From contig JAWLHY010000003.1 of assembly GCA_041690135.1 (NCBI GenBank), positions 96,001 through 160,000 on the forward strand: 64,000 bases of DNA, given 5' to 3'. A program made the translations under genes and the position numbers. The DNA comes from Armatimonadota bacterium (lineage in GTDB: Bacteria > Armatimonadota > SYMT01). The notes under the pieces are model-generated. The model saw only the letters and a list, made by a program, of their open reading frames with translations, was not told the origin of the DNA and did not search any database. Each line of letters starts with the position of its first letter. The first letter of the stretch is position 1. Below, piece after piece: positions 26,766 to 35,765 of this stretch.

Positions 26766-29319
26766 ACCGGCCTACGGGAGCGCCTGCGTTCTCTGACGCG
26801 GAAGGCCCGGGTACGGTGAGGTCCACCCCGGGTTCGAATACTTCCCAGTGTCCCATCCGCTGGATCAGGAGCATCAGCCGCATGCCGCCCTGGCGCGGAT
26901 AGCGCACGACGGCAACGCGACCGCCCTCGATCTCCGGAAGGGGGAAGTTGGCCGGCGCGGTGGCGGGAGGGTCTCCCGCGGACCGCACCTGCGCGAGCAA
27001 CCGGGGATAGGTGAACAGGAAGGCCAGGTCCCAACGCGAGAAGCGGGTTTCCAGACGGACGGCCTCCGGATCCGCCTGGGGAGCCACCCCCCCCTCGGGG
27101 CGGGCCTTCCAACCCTCGGCAAAGCGCTCCCGGTCCGGCGCGTGCTCCAGAGCCGATGGATGGGTGAGGAGCCGCATGGCCTCGAGGTCTCCCGTCTTCC
27201 AGGCTGCCAGGTACTTCCGCGCTACCGCCAGGATGGGCCTCTCCGCGGGAGCGGCGTAGGATACCCCGAACAGGGCACCGTCGCCCTTAACGGAACTGAG
27301 GCCGATGGGCTCGTACAGCAACCCCCCTACCACCTTCCACGCACCCCTCTCGCGGTGAACCACGAGCAGGACATTGACGCCCACGCCGCCGCGATATCCC
27401 ACCAGCGCCCAGGCGGAACGCGCAAGCGCGGTTCGCAGGCGTTGTCCGGCCTCACTCGCGGGGTCTACGCCCAGTAGCGCTCCCCACAGCAGCCGGGGCA
27501 CCAGGGGAATTGGATGGAGCTTCTCCGCGGTCAGCCCGGCCGCTTCCGGAGGGAGCAGGAGCGAATGCTGCCGGAGAAACGTCGCCCGATCGGGGCTGTA
27601 ACCCGGAGTAAGCGGGGACGTCAGCGCGTGCACCCCGGCTAGGTCGCCCGCCCGCGTGGCCTGAAGATACTCCGCGGCCGCCGCCCGGGCCCCGGAAAGG
27701 GCCTCGGGATCAGACAAGGGAAGCAGCGCAAAGGCGTCGGCGAGGTTCGCCGTGGGCGCGGCCGGCGCCGCGGGCGGCCGCGCCGGGGCCATTCGCACGT
27801 CGCCCAGATCCAGCTCACCCTGCGGGGGAGTGCGGTACTCCCGGCTCTCGAACAGCTGGCCCTGGACGGCCAATCCCACGAAGAAGGCCACGCCGCCCTT
27901 CAAGGCATCAAACGTAAAGCGGCCCTCCGGGTCGGTACGCCCCAGGCCGATCGGCCGAGTTCCATCGGGGCCCCGGTGAATTAACAGGACCTGCGTTTGG
28001 GATACCGGCTTCCCGCCGCCATCCAGGACGCGCCCACGCACCAGGGCCAGCACCCCCGATCGCAGCGAGAGCGTGGGCGGGGCCTTCAAGTCCCGGGGGC
28101 GCAGCACCTGCTCCGTCATCCCCGTGCCCGCCACGGCCCGCAGCACCACCTCCTCCGCTTCCCACGGGAACTGCGCCATGCTGAAACGGCCGTCCGGTCC
28201 GGTGGCGACGGGGTCCGCTAAGCACGGAGGCCAGTTTCGGCGCGTGTGGCGAATCTCCACTCCCACACGCGCTCCAGCCACCGCCTGCCCCGCCGCATCC
28301 ACCACCCGCCCGGTAAACGGTTCATTGCGCGTCTCCAGACGCACCGGTTCGTCCCGCTTTCCCTCTCGAACCCGCGCCGGGAACACGCGTCCGGCGATGG
28401 CCACCTCGTAGTCGCCCGGCTGCAGCCCATCGAACCGGGCGAGGCCCCGGGGATCCGTTACGCCGGTCATCGGATCGTCCCGCAATGGACTCAGGAGCAG
28501 ATCCTGTAGCTCCGTGAGGGGGCCTTCGGGGTCTAATGGCCAGGAGCGACGTACGGAGACCGTTGCATCCGGCACCGGTTTTCCCTCGGGCGTCTCCACC
28601 CGGGCCTCCAGTCCTCCCAGCCGGGTGACGATGAGCGTGCCCAACTCTTGCTGCCCGGGCGCGCCGAGGCGGAGTACCTGTGGGGTGCCCTGCGAAAGCA
28701 CGACGCCGCCGCCCAGCACCCAACCCACGCGGGTCCGGGCCGGCAGCCCGGTCCACTGAAACCGGCCATCCGCCCCGGATCGCCCCACCAACTCTCGCCG
28801 CACCCCTTGCGGCACCAGCAGCTGGGCATAAGCCCATGGATGCGGCGGCCCCGGCACCCCCGACGTCGTGGCGGGAGGCACGAAGCGGTCGACCCCGAAA
28901 GGCACCCCGGCCGCCGGTTTGCCATCGGCGGAGAGGAGCCGACCACTCAAAGTAACCGGGGCCGCCAGCTTCAGGGTGAGGGGGGAGGGTGCCTTTCCAC
29001 TCTTCAGGGTTCCGGTCTTTGGCTTCGACTGCGACAGGCGCTGCAGGGTCGGCGCCGCTCCGCGCGCGACGCCTCCCACGACGACCAACGGCACGGCGGG
29101 AATGGAAGCCGGCAGGCGGAACTGCCCCCGTGCGTCGGCTTCTCCCTCCACCAGGCCATGCTGCCGGCCCCCATCCGTCCACCCGACCCAAACTCGCGCG
29201 CCCGCAGCTGGTTTCCCGTTCGGCAACAGGGCCTTACCGGTCACAAGCTGCTCGGCCGCCGCCACCTCCGGCGCCAGCAAGACCAAAGCCCCAATTCCCC
29301 AAAGCCAGCTTCGAAGCAT
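26764..29319 (-). CDS. Secreted protein with repeated carboxypeptidase-regulatory-like domains and a duplicated C-terminal NTF2-like region
   Basis: Signal peptide; repeated GRVxDxxGKPVxGA...TDxxGRF units; two AxxYLxAxxxGDL...W(K/E)V segments. Confidence 0.8.
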   Translation of the reverse strand: MLRSWLWGIGALVLLAPEVAAAEQLVTGKALLPNGKPAAGARVWVGWTDGGRQHGLVEGEADARGQFRLPASIPAVPLVVVGGVARGAAPTLQRLSQSKPKTGTLKSGKAPSPLTLKLAAPVTLSGRLLSADGKPAAGVPFGVDRFVPPATTSGVPGPPHPWAYAQLLVPQGVRRELVGRSGADGRFQWTGLPARTRVGWVLGGGVVLSQGTPQVLRLGAPGQQELGTLIVTRLGGLEARVETPEGKPVPDATVSVRRSWPLDPEGPLTELQDLLLSPLRDDPMTGVTDPRGLARFDGLQPGDYEVAIAGRVFPARVREGKRDEPVRLETRNEPFTGRVVDAAGQAVAGARVGVEIRHTRRNWPPCLADPVATGPDGRFSMAQFPWEAEEVVLRAVAGTGMTEQVLRPRDLKAPPTLSLRSGVLALVRGRVLDGGGKPVSQTQVLLIHRGPDGTRPIGLGRTDPEGRFTFDALKGGVAFFVGLAVQGQLFESREYRTPPQGELDLGDVRMAPARPPAAPAAPTANLADAFALLPLSDPEALSGARAAAAEYLQATRAGDLAGVHALTSPLTPGYSPDRATFLRQHSLLLPPEAAGLTAEKLHPIPLVPRLLWGALLGVDPASEAGQRLRTALARSAWALVGYRGGVGVNVLLVVHRERGAWKVVGGLLYEPIGLSSVKGDGALFGVSYAAPAERPILAVARKYLAAWKTGDLEAMRLLTHPSALEHAPDRERFAEGWKARPEGGVAPQADPEAVRLETRFSRWDLAFLFTYPRLLAQVRSAGDPPATAPANFPLPEIEGGRVAVVRYPRQGGMRLMLLIQRMGHWEVFEPGVDLTVPGPSASENAGAPVGR

Positions 29320-29334
29320 CACTATCCCCTTTTT

Positions 29335-29560
29335 CAGTAGGCAGTCGGCAGTAGGCAGTGGGCAGTGGGCAGTGGGCGGCGCTGGCGAAAGGCTGATTCC
29401 ACGTCCCCTCGGTCGGCGCCGCCCCAGCCGGCAACTGCCGCACCCACTGACCAACACCTGCACCCCAACGCCCAACGTTTACCCCCCAGCGGGGGGCCAA
29501 CGCCTAAAAACCTGAACACCCGAACACCCGAACGCCTGCCCGCCTGAATACCCAATGCCC
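29335..29560. repeat. Heptamer (CAGT[A/C/G]GG x6) and octamer (CC[C/T]GAACA-type) tandem repeats
   Basis: CAGTAGG CAGTCGG CAGTAGG CAGTGGG x3 at 29335-29376; CCTGAACACCCGAACACCCGAACGCC near 29511-29550. Confidence 0.8.
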
Positions 29561-29791
29561 ACCCCTTCCCTCATAGTCGGCCACAAGTCCCCCGCGCTCC
29601 TCGTTTGGCTGCGTTTCCAAAAAGTTCATTCGAACCGCCGCCGACAGGCAGGATTTTCGGGGTGCGAGCGACAACAGGTCGCGGGCACTGCGGCCCACCG
29701 GGTGCGCCGCACCCGCTTTAACACCCGGACGAAGCTGGATCAAAGCAACCAAACGCGGCGGTAGCTCGCACGCTGCAAGAGGAGATTTCGA

Positions 29792-30787
29792 GTGGCACGA
29801 CCCGTTACACTTTTTACCGGCCAGTGGGCCGACCTGCCCTTCGAGACGATGTGCCAGAAGGCCAAGGAGTTTGGCTACGACGGCATCGAACTGGCCTGCT
29901 GGGGCGATCACTTCGACGTCCAGAAGGCCCAGGACAAGGCCTACTGCGACGAGCGATGGGAAACGTTGAACCGTCACGGTCTGCAGTGTTTCGCCATCAG
30001 CAACCACCTGGTAGGGCAGGCCGTGTGCGATAACATCGACGCCCGCCATAAGGCGATCGTGCCGCCGTACGTCTGGGGCGATGGCGACCCGGAAGGGGTC
30101 CGGCAGCGGGCCGCCGAGGAGATGAAGGCCACGGCTCGCGCGGCCGCCAACATGGGACTGAAGGTGGTCAACGGCTTCACCGGCTCCTCGATCTGGCATC
30201 TGCTGTACTCGTTCCCGCCGGTTCTCCCGTCGCAGATCGAGAACGGTTTCCAGGACTTCGCCGATCGCTGGAACCCGATCCTGGATGAGTTCGACCGGGT
30301 GGGCGTGCGTTTCGCGCTGGAAGTGCATCCTACGGAGATCGCCTTCGACATCGCCTCCGCGGAGACGGCGCTCGCCGCCCTGGGACGCCGGGAGGCCTTT
30401 GGGTTCAACTACGACCCCAGCCACCTGGGTTACCAGAACGTCGACTATGTGCGGTTCATCGACCGGTTCGCGGATCGCATTTACCACGTCCATATGAAGG
30501 ACGTGTGGTGGTCCGCGGTGCCCGTGGAAGCCGGCGTGTTCGGCGGACACACCAACTTTGGGGATCCCCGCCGTGCCTGGGATTTCCGCAGCATCGGGCG
30601 GGGCCGGGTCGATTTCGAAGAGGTGATCCGCGCACTCAACCGCGCCAACTACTCCGGGCCGCTTTCGGTCGAGTGGGAAGACATGGGGATGGACCGCGAA
30701 GCCGGCGCCGCCGAGGCTGCGGCCGCCGTGAAGCGGTACGACTTCAAGCCCAGTACCCGTGCGTTCGACGCGGCATTCTCGGAATGA
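29792..30787 (+). CDS. Sugar phosphate isomerase/epimerase (xylose-isomerase-like TIM barrel)
   Basis: [42 protein letters not shown]. Confidence 0.9.
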   Translation: MARPVTLFTGQWADLPFETMCQKAKEFGYDGIELACWGDHFDVQKAQDKAYCDERWETLNRHGLQCFAISNHLVGQAVCDNIDARHKAIVPPYVWGDGDPEGVRQRAAEEMKATARAAANMGLKVVNGFTGSSIWHLLYSFPPVLPSQIENGFQDFADRWNPILDEFDRVGVRFALEVHPTEIAFDIASAETALAALGRREAFGFNYDPSHLGYQNVDYVRFIDRFADRIYHVHMKDVWWSAVPVEAGVFGGHTNFGDPRRAWDFRSIGRGRVDFEEVIRALNRANYSGPLSVEWEDMGMDREAGAAEAAAAVKRYDFKPSTRAFDAAFSE

Positions 30788-30947
30788 GCTTCCGGACGGA
30801 ACGGTAAGCGCCTCCAGTGCAGGCCGGCGATCCCAGCGGGAGAGCCGGCCTGCCTTGATTCCAGGTTGCGCCCCGTGTTAGCATTACCCCACTAATCCCT
30901 CCCAGCCCGATCGCTCGATCGTCTGGCACTCCCCTGGAGGTCTCCCG

Positions 30948-31331
30948 ATGCAGCACCGCGCCTATTCCGTAATCGGCGGAGCCGTGCTCGGCTTCAGTCT
31001 CGGTGTGATCTGCTTTGCCGGCGGCTGGGCCCGACCGGCGACCGCGCAGTTCCAACAGCCCTTGATCCCGCAGTCGCAACCGAACATCATCGGTCAGAAC
31101 GCGGGCACTACCCCGCCCGTTCAGCCGATCGAGATCCAGGCACTGGAAGCGGACCGGTTCGTGGTCGCCACGCGTGAGCCGCGCCTGGTGGCTCAGATCG
31201 GTCGAGAGGGTGCGGCCCAGAACATGATCGTGACCGTCGTGACGCACTACACGGTCAAGGAGAACCGGCTGATTCCGCTCGAACACGTGCGGGTGCCGGC
31301 CGGATACCGCCTCATCACCCTCGCCGAATAG
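30948..31331 (+). CDS. Hypothetical exported protein
   Basis: GGAGG RBS; N-terminal signal or TM segment. Confidence 0.7.
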   Translation: MQHRAYSVIGGAVLGFSLGVICFAGGWARPATAQFQQPLIPQSQPNIIGQNAGTTPPVQPIEIQALEADRFVVATREPRLVAQIGREGAAQNMIVTVVTHYTVKENRLIPLEHVRVPAGYRLITLAE

Positions 31332-31446
31332 CGCGGGCACGCGGTCCGCGGGCCGTTTTGTCCGGATAACCGGCGGGGATGCGCAGGCTGGCGTATAATG
31401 GGTCGGGGTTCTACCCCGAGAGTTTGTCGGCATTGAGGAATAGCGC

Positions 31447-31764
31447 ATGGATGCACGGTTTCGCTTCACCCGCCTCGTTCGGACCCAGAGTTCGGAAATC
31501 TACCTGATCTGGGAGGAAGAGAACCGGGTCGGGCAACTCGATCTCCACTACGCGGGCGAGACCATCCACGCAACGTTGATTCTGGAGACGGACCTGTCGG
31601 TGACCTCCGAAGAGGAGTTGCTCACGCAGATCGATGAGGATATCGTCTCCTCCTACCTGCCCAGTTTCGACCGCACGGATTTCCTCGTCACCGTCTTCCG
31701 CGGTGAAGAGATCAGCTCCTATACCGACTCCGGCAGCATGGAGCCGGAAGACGAAGAAGAATAG
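31447..31764 (+). CDS. Small acidic hypothetical protein
   Basis: GAGGA RBS, upstream TATAAT (31394-31399) and its own terminator. Confidence 0.8.
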   Translation: MDARFRFTRLVRTQSSEIYLIWEEENRVGQLDLHYAGETIHATLILETDLSVTSEEELLTQIDEDIVSSYLPSFDRTDFLVTVFRGEEISSYTDSGSMEPEDEEE

Positions 31765-31783
31765 TTCACGCCCCCGAAGCACG

Positions 31784-31823
31784 AAAGGGTGCTCCCGGAT
31801 CCGTTCCGGGAGCACCCTTTTTT
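31784..31823. terminator. Rho-independent terminator, probably bidirectional
   Basis: AAAGGGTGCTCCCGGA / TCCGGGAGCACCCTTTTTT between convergent genes. Confidence 0.85.
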
Positions 31824-31859
31824 GGTTTCTACTGGCCGAAGTGGGGCGGTTGTGCCTCG

Positions 31860-33482
31860 TTAATCCGCACCGTCCTGCCGGGCCCGTGCTACCACCAGAT
31901 CGGCAATGCTGTGGCCGGCGGTGAGCCCGTCGTCGCTGTCCGCGCGGTAGTGGATTCCGCCGTAGACCCGAGAGAGGGCCGCCTGGTCCGCGGCGGCTGC
32001 GAACCCGACCGTCTGGCCGAGGGCATCCGTCGCCGTCCCTCCGGGGAAGAGGTACTCCAGCACATTGGCACTACAGCCGGAGAAGGTGGAGTGCCCTGAG
32101 GTGTACGAAGGGAAGGGCGGCGTTACCACCGGCGTGAGGAAGGCCGGATCATAGAACGGCTGGTCCGAGAGCGTGCGGATCAGCGTGATGGGACGGGGTA
32201 CCCAGAAGGCGTACTTCGAGTCCCAACAACAGATGGCGCTGTCCGCTACCCCCACGCCGAGCATCGCCAGGGCGCGCGCCGCGCGAGGCGCGCTCCACTT
32301 CGAATTCGCCAGGTGCTGCCGGGCGATTTCCATCCAGTGCCCCGGCGGCGTTACGGTGCCAGCCCCGTCGGCCCAAAACTGGGCGATGGTGAGGTAGTGC
32401 GGGTTCTGCGGGATGGCATCCACGAAGTCCTTAACCTCCTGGGTCTGCGCCAGGATGGCGGCGTTCGGAAACTCTCCCTGCATAATCTCAGGCAGGCCCG
32501 GTCGGAACTGGTCGCCGGAGGCCATGAGCCAGGGTTTCCAGTAACCGGCCAGGGGGTGGAGTGGGGGGAAGGCGTTGGCGGGCGGGGTGGGTACCCAGTA
32601 CTCCGGCCCCACCAGGCGACCGGGCTGGTTGACGGAGTCCCACACCGCGCTGGAGCCATCGGAAAGACCGCGCTGGACCGCCAGCAAGCCGATTGCCTGG
32701 CCCATCTGGAAGGCGGCGACCAGGTCGCTGCGGTAGTTCGCGCCGGCCCACAGCCGGGATTCGGCCGCTTCGGTGGCCAGCGAGTCCCAGGTGCGAGCTT
32801 CCCCGCCCAGCACCACGGTGCCCGTCGGATAGAGATAATTCAATACCGTCGCCGCCGCCGCCGCCACCGCCGCGTGCTCCGAGGGATAGCTGTAAAGGGT
32901 GCGGTCCACGCTCGACAGCGAACGAATCCGCCGGTCCTGGCGCATGGGGGCGAGGCGGCGGTAGCGGAACTTGGCGTCCCATACGGCAATGGTGGCATCG
33001 GCCATCGCCGTGTGGAACAGGGCGAGGGCGCGAGCGGTCAGGACGGGGTCGGTCTTGGCCTGCTTGACCTTCTCCAACAGGATCTGGTTCCAGGCCGGCA
33101 CCCCTCCCTGGGCATCCCAGAACTGGACGATGGCGTTCGTGGCGTCGCTGCGCTGGCGCTGGAGCGTGATCAGTTCCTTGATCTCCCGGCCGACCGGCAG
33201 ACCGCGGGGATAGATCGGGGGGCGCAGCGCCGCGACCGAAGGCGCCAGCCACGTCTGCCAGGTACCCGCGTCTCGATCGAGTGGATCCCGCTTCCGGCGC
33301 TTGCGCCGGAGCGCGAGGACCTCCTGCGCGCCCGCCGGGCCGGCGGCGGCCAGTGCCAGGGGCGAAACCGCGGCCACGCGCAGCAGGGTGCGGCGACTGA
33401 TCTCGGGAGAGTTGGAGAGCTGAACAGGGATGGAATCTGGAGAATTGCCGGGATCACCAGCGGGGAGCTCATGCTTGTTCAT
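31860..33482 (-). CDS. Tat-exported two-domain vanadium haloperoxidase / PAP2 phosphatase-family protein
   Basis: SRRTLL Tat motif. C-domain has KYAFWVPRP, PSYTSGHS, SRVYGGIHYRAD; the N-domain is a degenerate copy. Confidence 0.88.
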   Translation of the reverse strand: MNKHELPAGDPGNSPDSIPVQLSNSPEISRRTLLRVAAVSPLALAAAGPAGAQEVLALRRKRRKRDPLDRDAGTWQTWLAPSVAALRPPIYPRGLPVGREIKELITLQRQRSDATNAIVQFWDAQGGVPAWNQILLEKVKQAKTDPVLTARALALFHTAMADATIAVWDAKFRYRRLAPMRQDRRIRSLSSVDRTLYSYPSEHAAVAAAAATVLNYLYPTGTVVLGGEARTWDSLATEAAESRLWAGANYRSDLVAAFQMGQAIGLLAVQRGLSDGSSAVWDSVNQPGRLVGPEYWVPTPPANAFPPLHPLAGYWKPWLMASGDQFRPGLPEIMQGEFPNAAILAQTQEVKDFVDAIPQNPHYLTIAQFWADGAGTVTPPGHWMEIARQHLANSKWSAPRAARALAMLGVGVADSAICCWDSKYAFWVPRPITLIRTLSDQPFYDPAFLTPVVTPPFPSYTSGHSTFSGCSANVLEYLFPGGTATDALGQTVGFAAAADQAALSRVYGGIHYRADSDDGLTAGHSIADLVVARARQDGAD

Positions 33483-33702
33483 GATGGAGGCTCTAAATGA
33501 TTTCTCGCACGGAGTGCGGATAAGGATGAGCGAGGGGGCAGCGCCTGATAGTCAGGGACAGGTAGCGGCCGCCGGGTAGCTCACTGATAACCATACCATG
33601 CAAATTGCGCGAGTAGCCGTTAAGGTTTGTTAAGCTGCTGTCGGTCGAGGAAGCAAGCATGGAAAGGAGCAGCAAAGTGGAGCGAGGGCGAGGGTTCTGA
33701 CT

Positions 33703-34098
33703 CTACCGACAGTAACCCCTAACCACCTCTACCAGGATCTTCAGGTCCACCGGCTTCCGGAGGTATCCGTCCACATCCAGGTAGGTTACCTGGTGATGGA
33801 CGTCGTCCACGCCGGACAGCACCACGATGGGGATATCGCAGACCTCCGGAATCCGCTTCATCGCGGGGCGGACGTCCCAGCCGCTCATCACCGGCATCAT
33901 CAGGTCGAGGAGAACCAGACGGGGTCGGTGGTCGAGGGCCATCCGGATTCCCTCTTCTCCATTCGCGGCGGTGGCGGTAGAAAAGCCGTGGTCGGCCAGG
34001 ACTTCGGCCAGCGACTCACGGGTGTCCCGATCGTCATCGATGATCAGGATCGTACTGGTGAGGGGGGGTGATGCGGGCATGGGGCTGTTCCATCGCAT
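33703..34098 (-). CDS. Single-domain response regulator (CheY-like receiver)
   Basis: ILIIDDD, LVLLDLMMPVMSG, S and KP motifs. Confidence 0.9.
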   Translation of the reverse strand: MRWNSPMPASPPLTSTILIIDDDRDTRESLAEVLADHGFSTATAANGEEGIRMALDHRPRLVLLDLMMPVMSGWDVRPAMKRIPEVCDIPIVVLSGVDDVHHQVTYLDVDGYLRKPVDLKILVEVVRGYCR

Positions 34099-34304
34099 TC
34101 GGCCGGGGTACTGCCCGGCACGGGATTATCTTTGTCAGGGCGGCTATTATTCACCTCCAGAGAATCCTTGCAAGATTCGTGCCGATTTGAGGCAGGTGTC
34201 GGCCGCCGACAGCCGCGAAACTAACATCCAAAGTCCGCCTGCGCAGACAGGCTGTCCAGGGGAGGGGGCTGCCCGGTATTCCACCTCACCCCAGGGAAAA
34301 TGCG

Positions 34305-34814
34305 ATGGTCCCCCTGTTGTTCCTGTTTCTGGCCGCCCAGATTCCGGGTGTGCCGCGTTCCCAGCCACTCCCACGGCCCAAGGCACCGCCCCGGCCGCCG
34401 ACCAGCATTGCGCTGGTGATCAAAGCCGGCGGCAGGGAGGTCCGCACGACGGTGTTGCCCAGGCAACCTCCACCGGCCCGGCGGAGCACCGCCCAGGCAG
34501 TCGCCGGCGAGACGCCGCAGGTGCGCTGGATGGTCCAGAATGAGGGCCAGAAGACCCCTCTTCGCAGCGTTGTGGTGCACTTTTTGATTCACCGGATCGA
34601 GGAGCCGAACCAGCCACTCGCCGAGGAGCCGCAGAAGGGCTCCTTCGCGGACCAGGTGCTGGGGACGGACCTGAAGCCCCGGGGCAAGACCACCGGAAAC
34701 TACAACACTCCGATCTACACGCCGGGGGTTTACCTGGTGGAATTGGAGCTTCTGGACCCCACGGGCACGCGCCTGCAGTATGCCGCCCTCGATCTCACCG
34801 TCACCGAACGTTAG
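34305..34814 (+). CDS. Secreted Ig-like hypothetical protein (paralog 1)
   Basis: Signal peptide; VRW...VVVHFLI...D(L)KP...PGVYLVEL...YAALDLTV. Confidence 0.7.
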   Translation: MVPLLFLFLAAQIPGVPRSQPLPRPKAPPRPPTSIALVIKAGGREVRTTVLPRQPPPARRSTAQAVAGETPQVRWMVQNEGQKTPLRSVVVHFLIHRIEEPNQPLAEEPQKGSFADQVLGTDLKPRGKTTGNYNTPIYTPGVYLVELELLDPTGTRLQYAALDLTVTER

Positions 34815-34880
34815 AAACTCCCGCGGGGACAAGTGAAGACGAGGGGAAGCCGGAAAACAATAGGGAACGAAGGGAAAGCG

Positions 34881-35393
34881 ATGCGACTGCGGATGATTTT
34901 GCTGGCGGTGGGTGCGCTCGGCACGGCGGCAGCGTGGACGGGATGGAGTGCCCGCCCCGCCGGGGCAGAGCACTTCGACATTGGCTTACTGGTTCAGACG
35001 TCCCAGGGCCGTGCTGAATCCAGTTGGGATACGCATCCGCCGGAGGGAGGTCTCAATCCCCGGCCCTCCGTGGAGGCGAAGGTGGGAGAAGACATTCCCA
35101 TTGAGTGGCGGATGGAAAGCGAGTTCCCGCATGGGGTGATGAAGGATGTGGTGATCCGCCTGTTTATCGTGCGGGAGAAAGAGATCGGGCAAAAGGAATT
35201 GCCGCCGGCCACCGAACCGCGGCTGCTGGACAACAGCTTCCGGGCCGACTTCCTCCCGCACCACCGCGCGCGAGGACACGTATACTTCCGGCCGAAGGAA
35301 CCGGGGAATTACCTGATCCGGCTGGACAGCGAATTCACCTTCAAAGAACACGGCCACGAGCACTTCGGAGCCGTGGACCTGAAAGTGGAGTAA
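34881..35393 (+). CDS. Secreted Ig-like hypothetical protein (paralog 2)
   Basis: Signal peptide; IEW...VVIRLFI...DFLP...PGNYLIRL...HGHEHFGAVDLKV. Confidence 0.75.
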   Translation: MRLRMILLAVGALGTAAAWTGWSARPAGAEHFDIGLLVQTSQGRAESSWDTHPPEGGLNPRPSVEAKVGEDIPIEWRMESEFPHGVMKDVVIRLFIVREKEIGQKELPPATEPRLLDNSFRADFLPHHRARGHVYFRPKEPGNYLIRLDSEFTFKEHGHEHFGAVDLKVE

Positions 35394-35416
35394 GAGCTTT
35401 GCAATAGTTAGGTTGG

Positions 35417-35512
35417 CAGCCCCGGAGGGGCGAAAGACAATAGCCGGGGGTGAGCGTAGCGCTGCCCCCGGACAGCTTCCGGGCACCCCGAGCCCTAGAG
35501 GGGCGGCAGAGG
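35417..35512. repeat. REP-like composite palindrome
   Basis: AGCCCCGGAGGGGCG...TAGCCGGGGG...CCCCCGG...AGCCCTAGAGGGGCG: two similar mini-hairpins flanking a central stem, between convergent genes. Confidence 0.6.
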
Positions 35513-35550
35513 AGCGCCGCCCCGCGAGCCGAAGTGCTGGGATACAGGAT

Positions 35551-35760
35551 TTAGCGCCGCGGCTGCGAGGTGTAGAAGATCAGCCCGACAAGCGCCAGGA
35601 GGCCGACCGCCTGGAGGGCGGGATGACGGAAGAGGAATACTCCCGTCATCGCCGCCAGGGCGGCCGCCAGGACGGCCGCACCCGGAAACTTACGCCCCGC
35701 GCGCCAGACGAACAACACGCTCATCAACAGCACGATCACCAGCAGGGCGCGAACAGCCAT
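35551..35760 (-). CDS. Small membrane protein (69 aa, about 3 hydrophobic segments)
   Basis: Almost entirely hydrophobic; starts 5 bp after the ligase-like stop. Confidence 0.65.
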   Translation of the reverse strand: MAVRALLVIVLLMSVLFVWRAGRKFPGAAVLAAALAAMTGVFLFRHPALQAVGLLALVGLIFYTSQPRR

Positions 35761-35765
35761 AGGAC

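Noticed and set aside
29335-29560. Repeats considered as a CRISPR array
   Set aside because: Units are 7-8 nt with no unique spacers, and no cas genes are present.
30819-30853. GC hairpin after the isomerase gene as a terminator
   Set aside because: The stem is real but has no U-tract, so function cannot be assigned.
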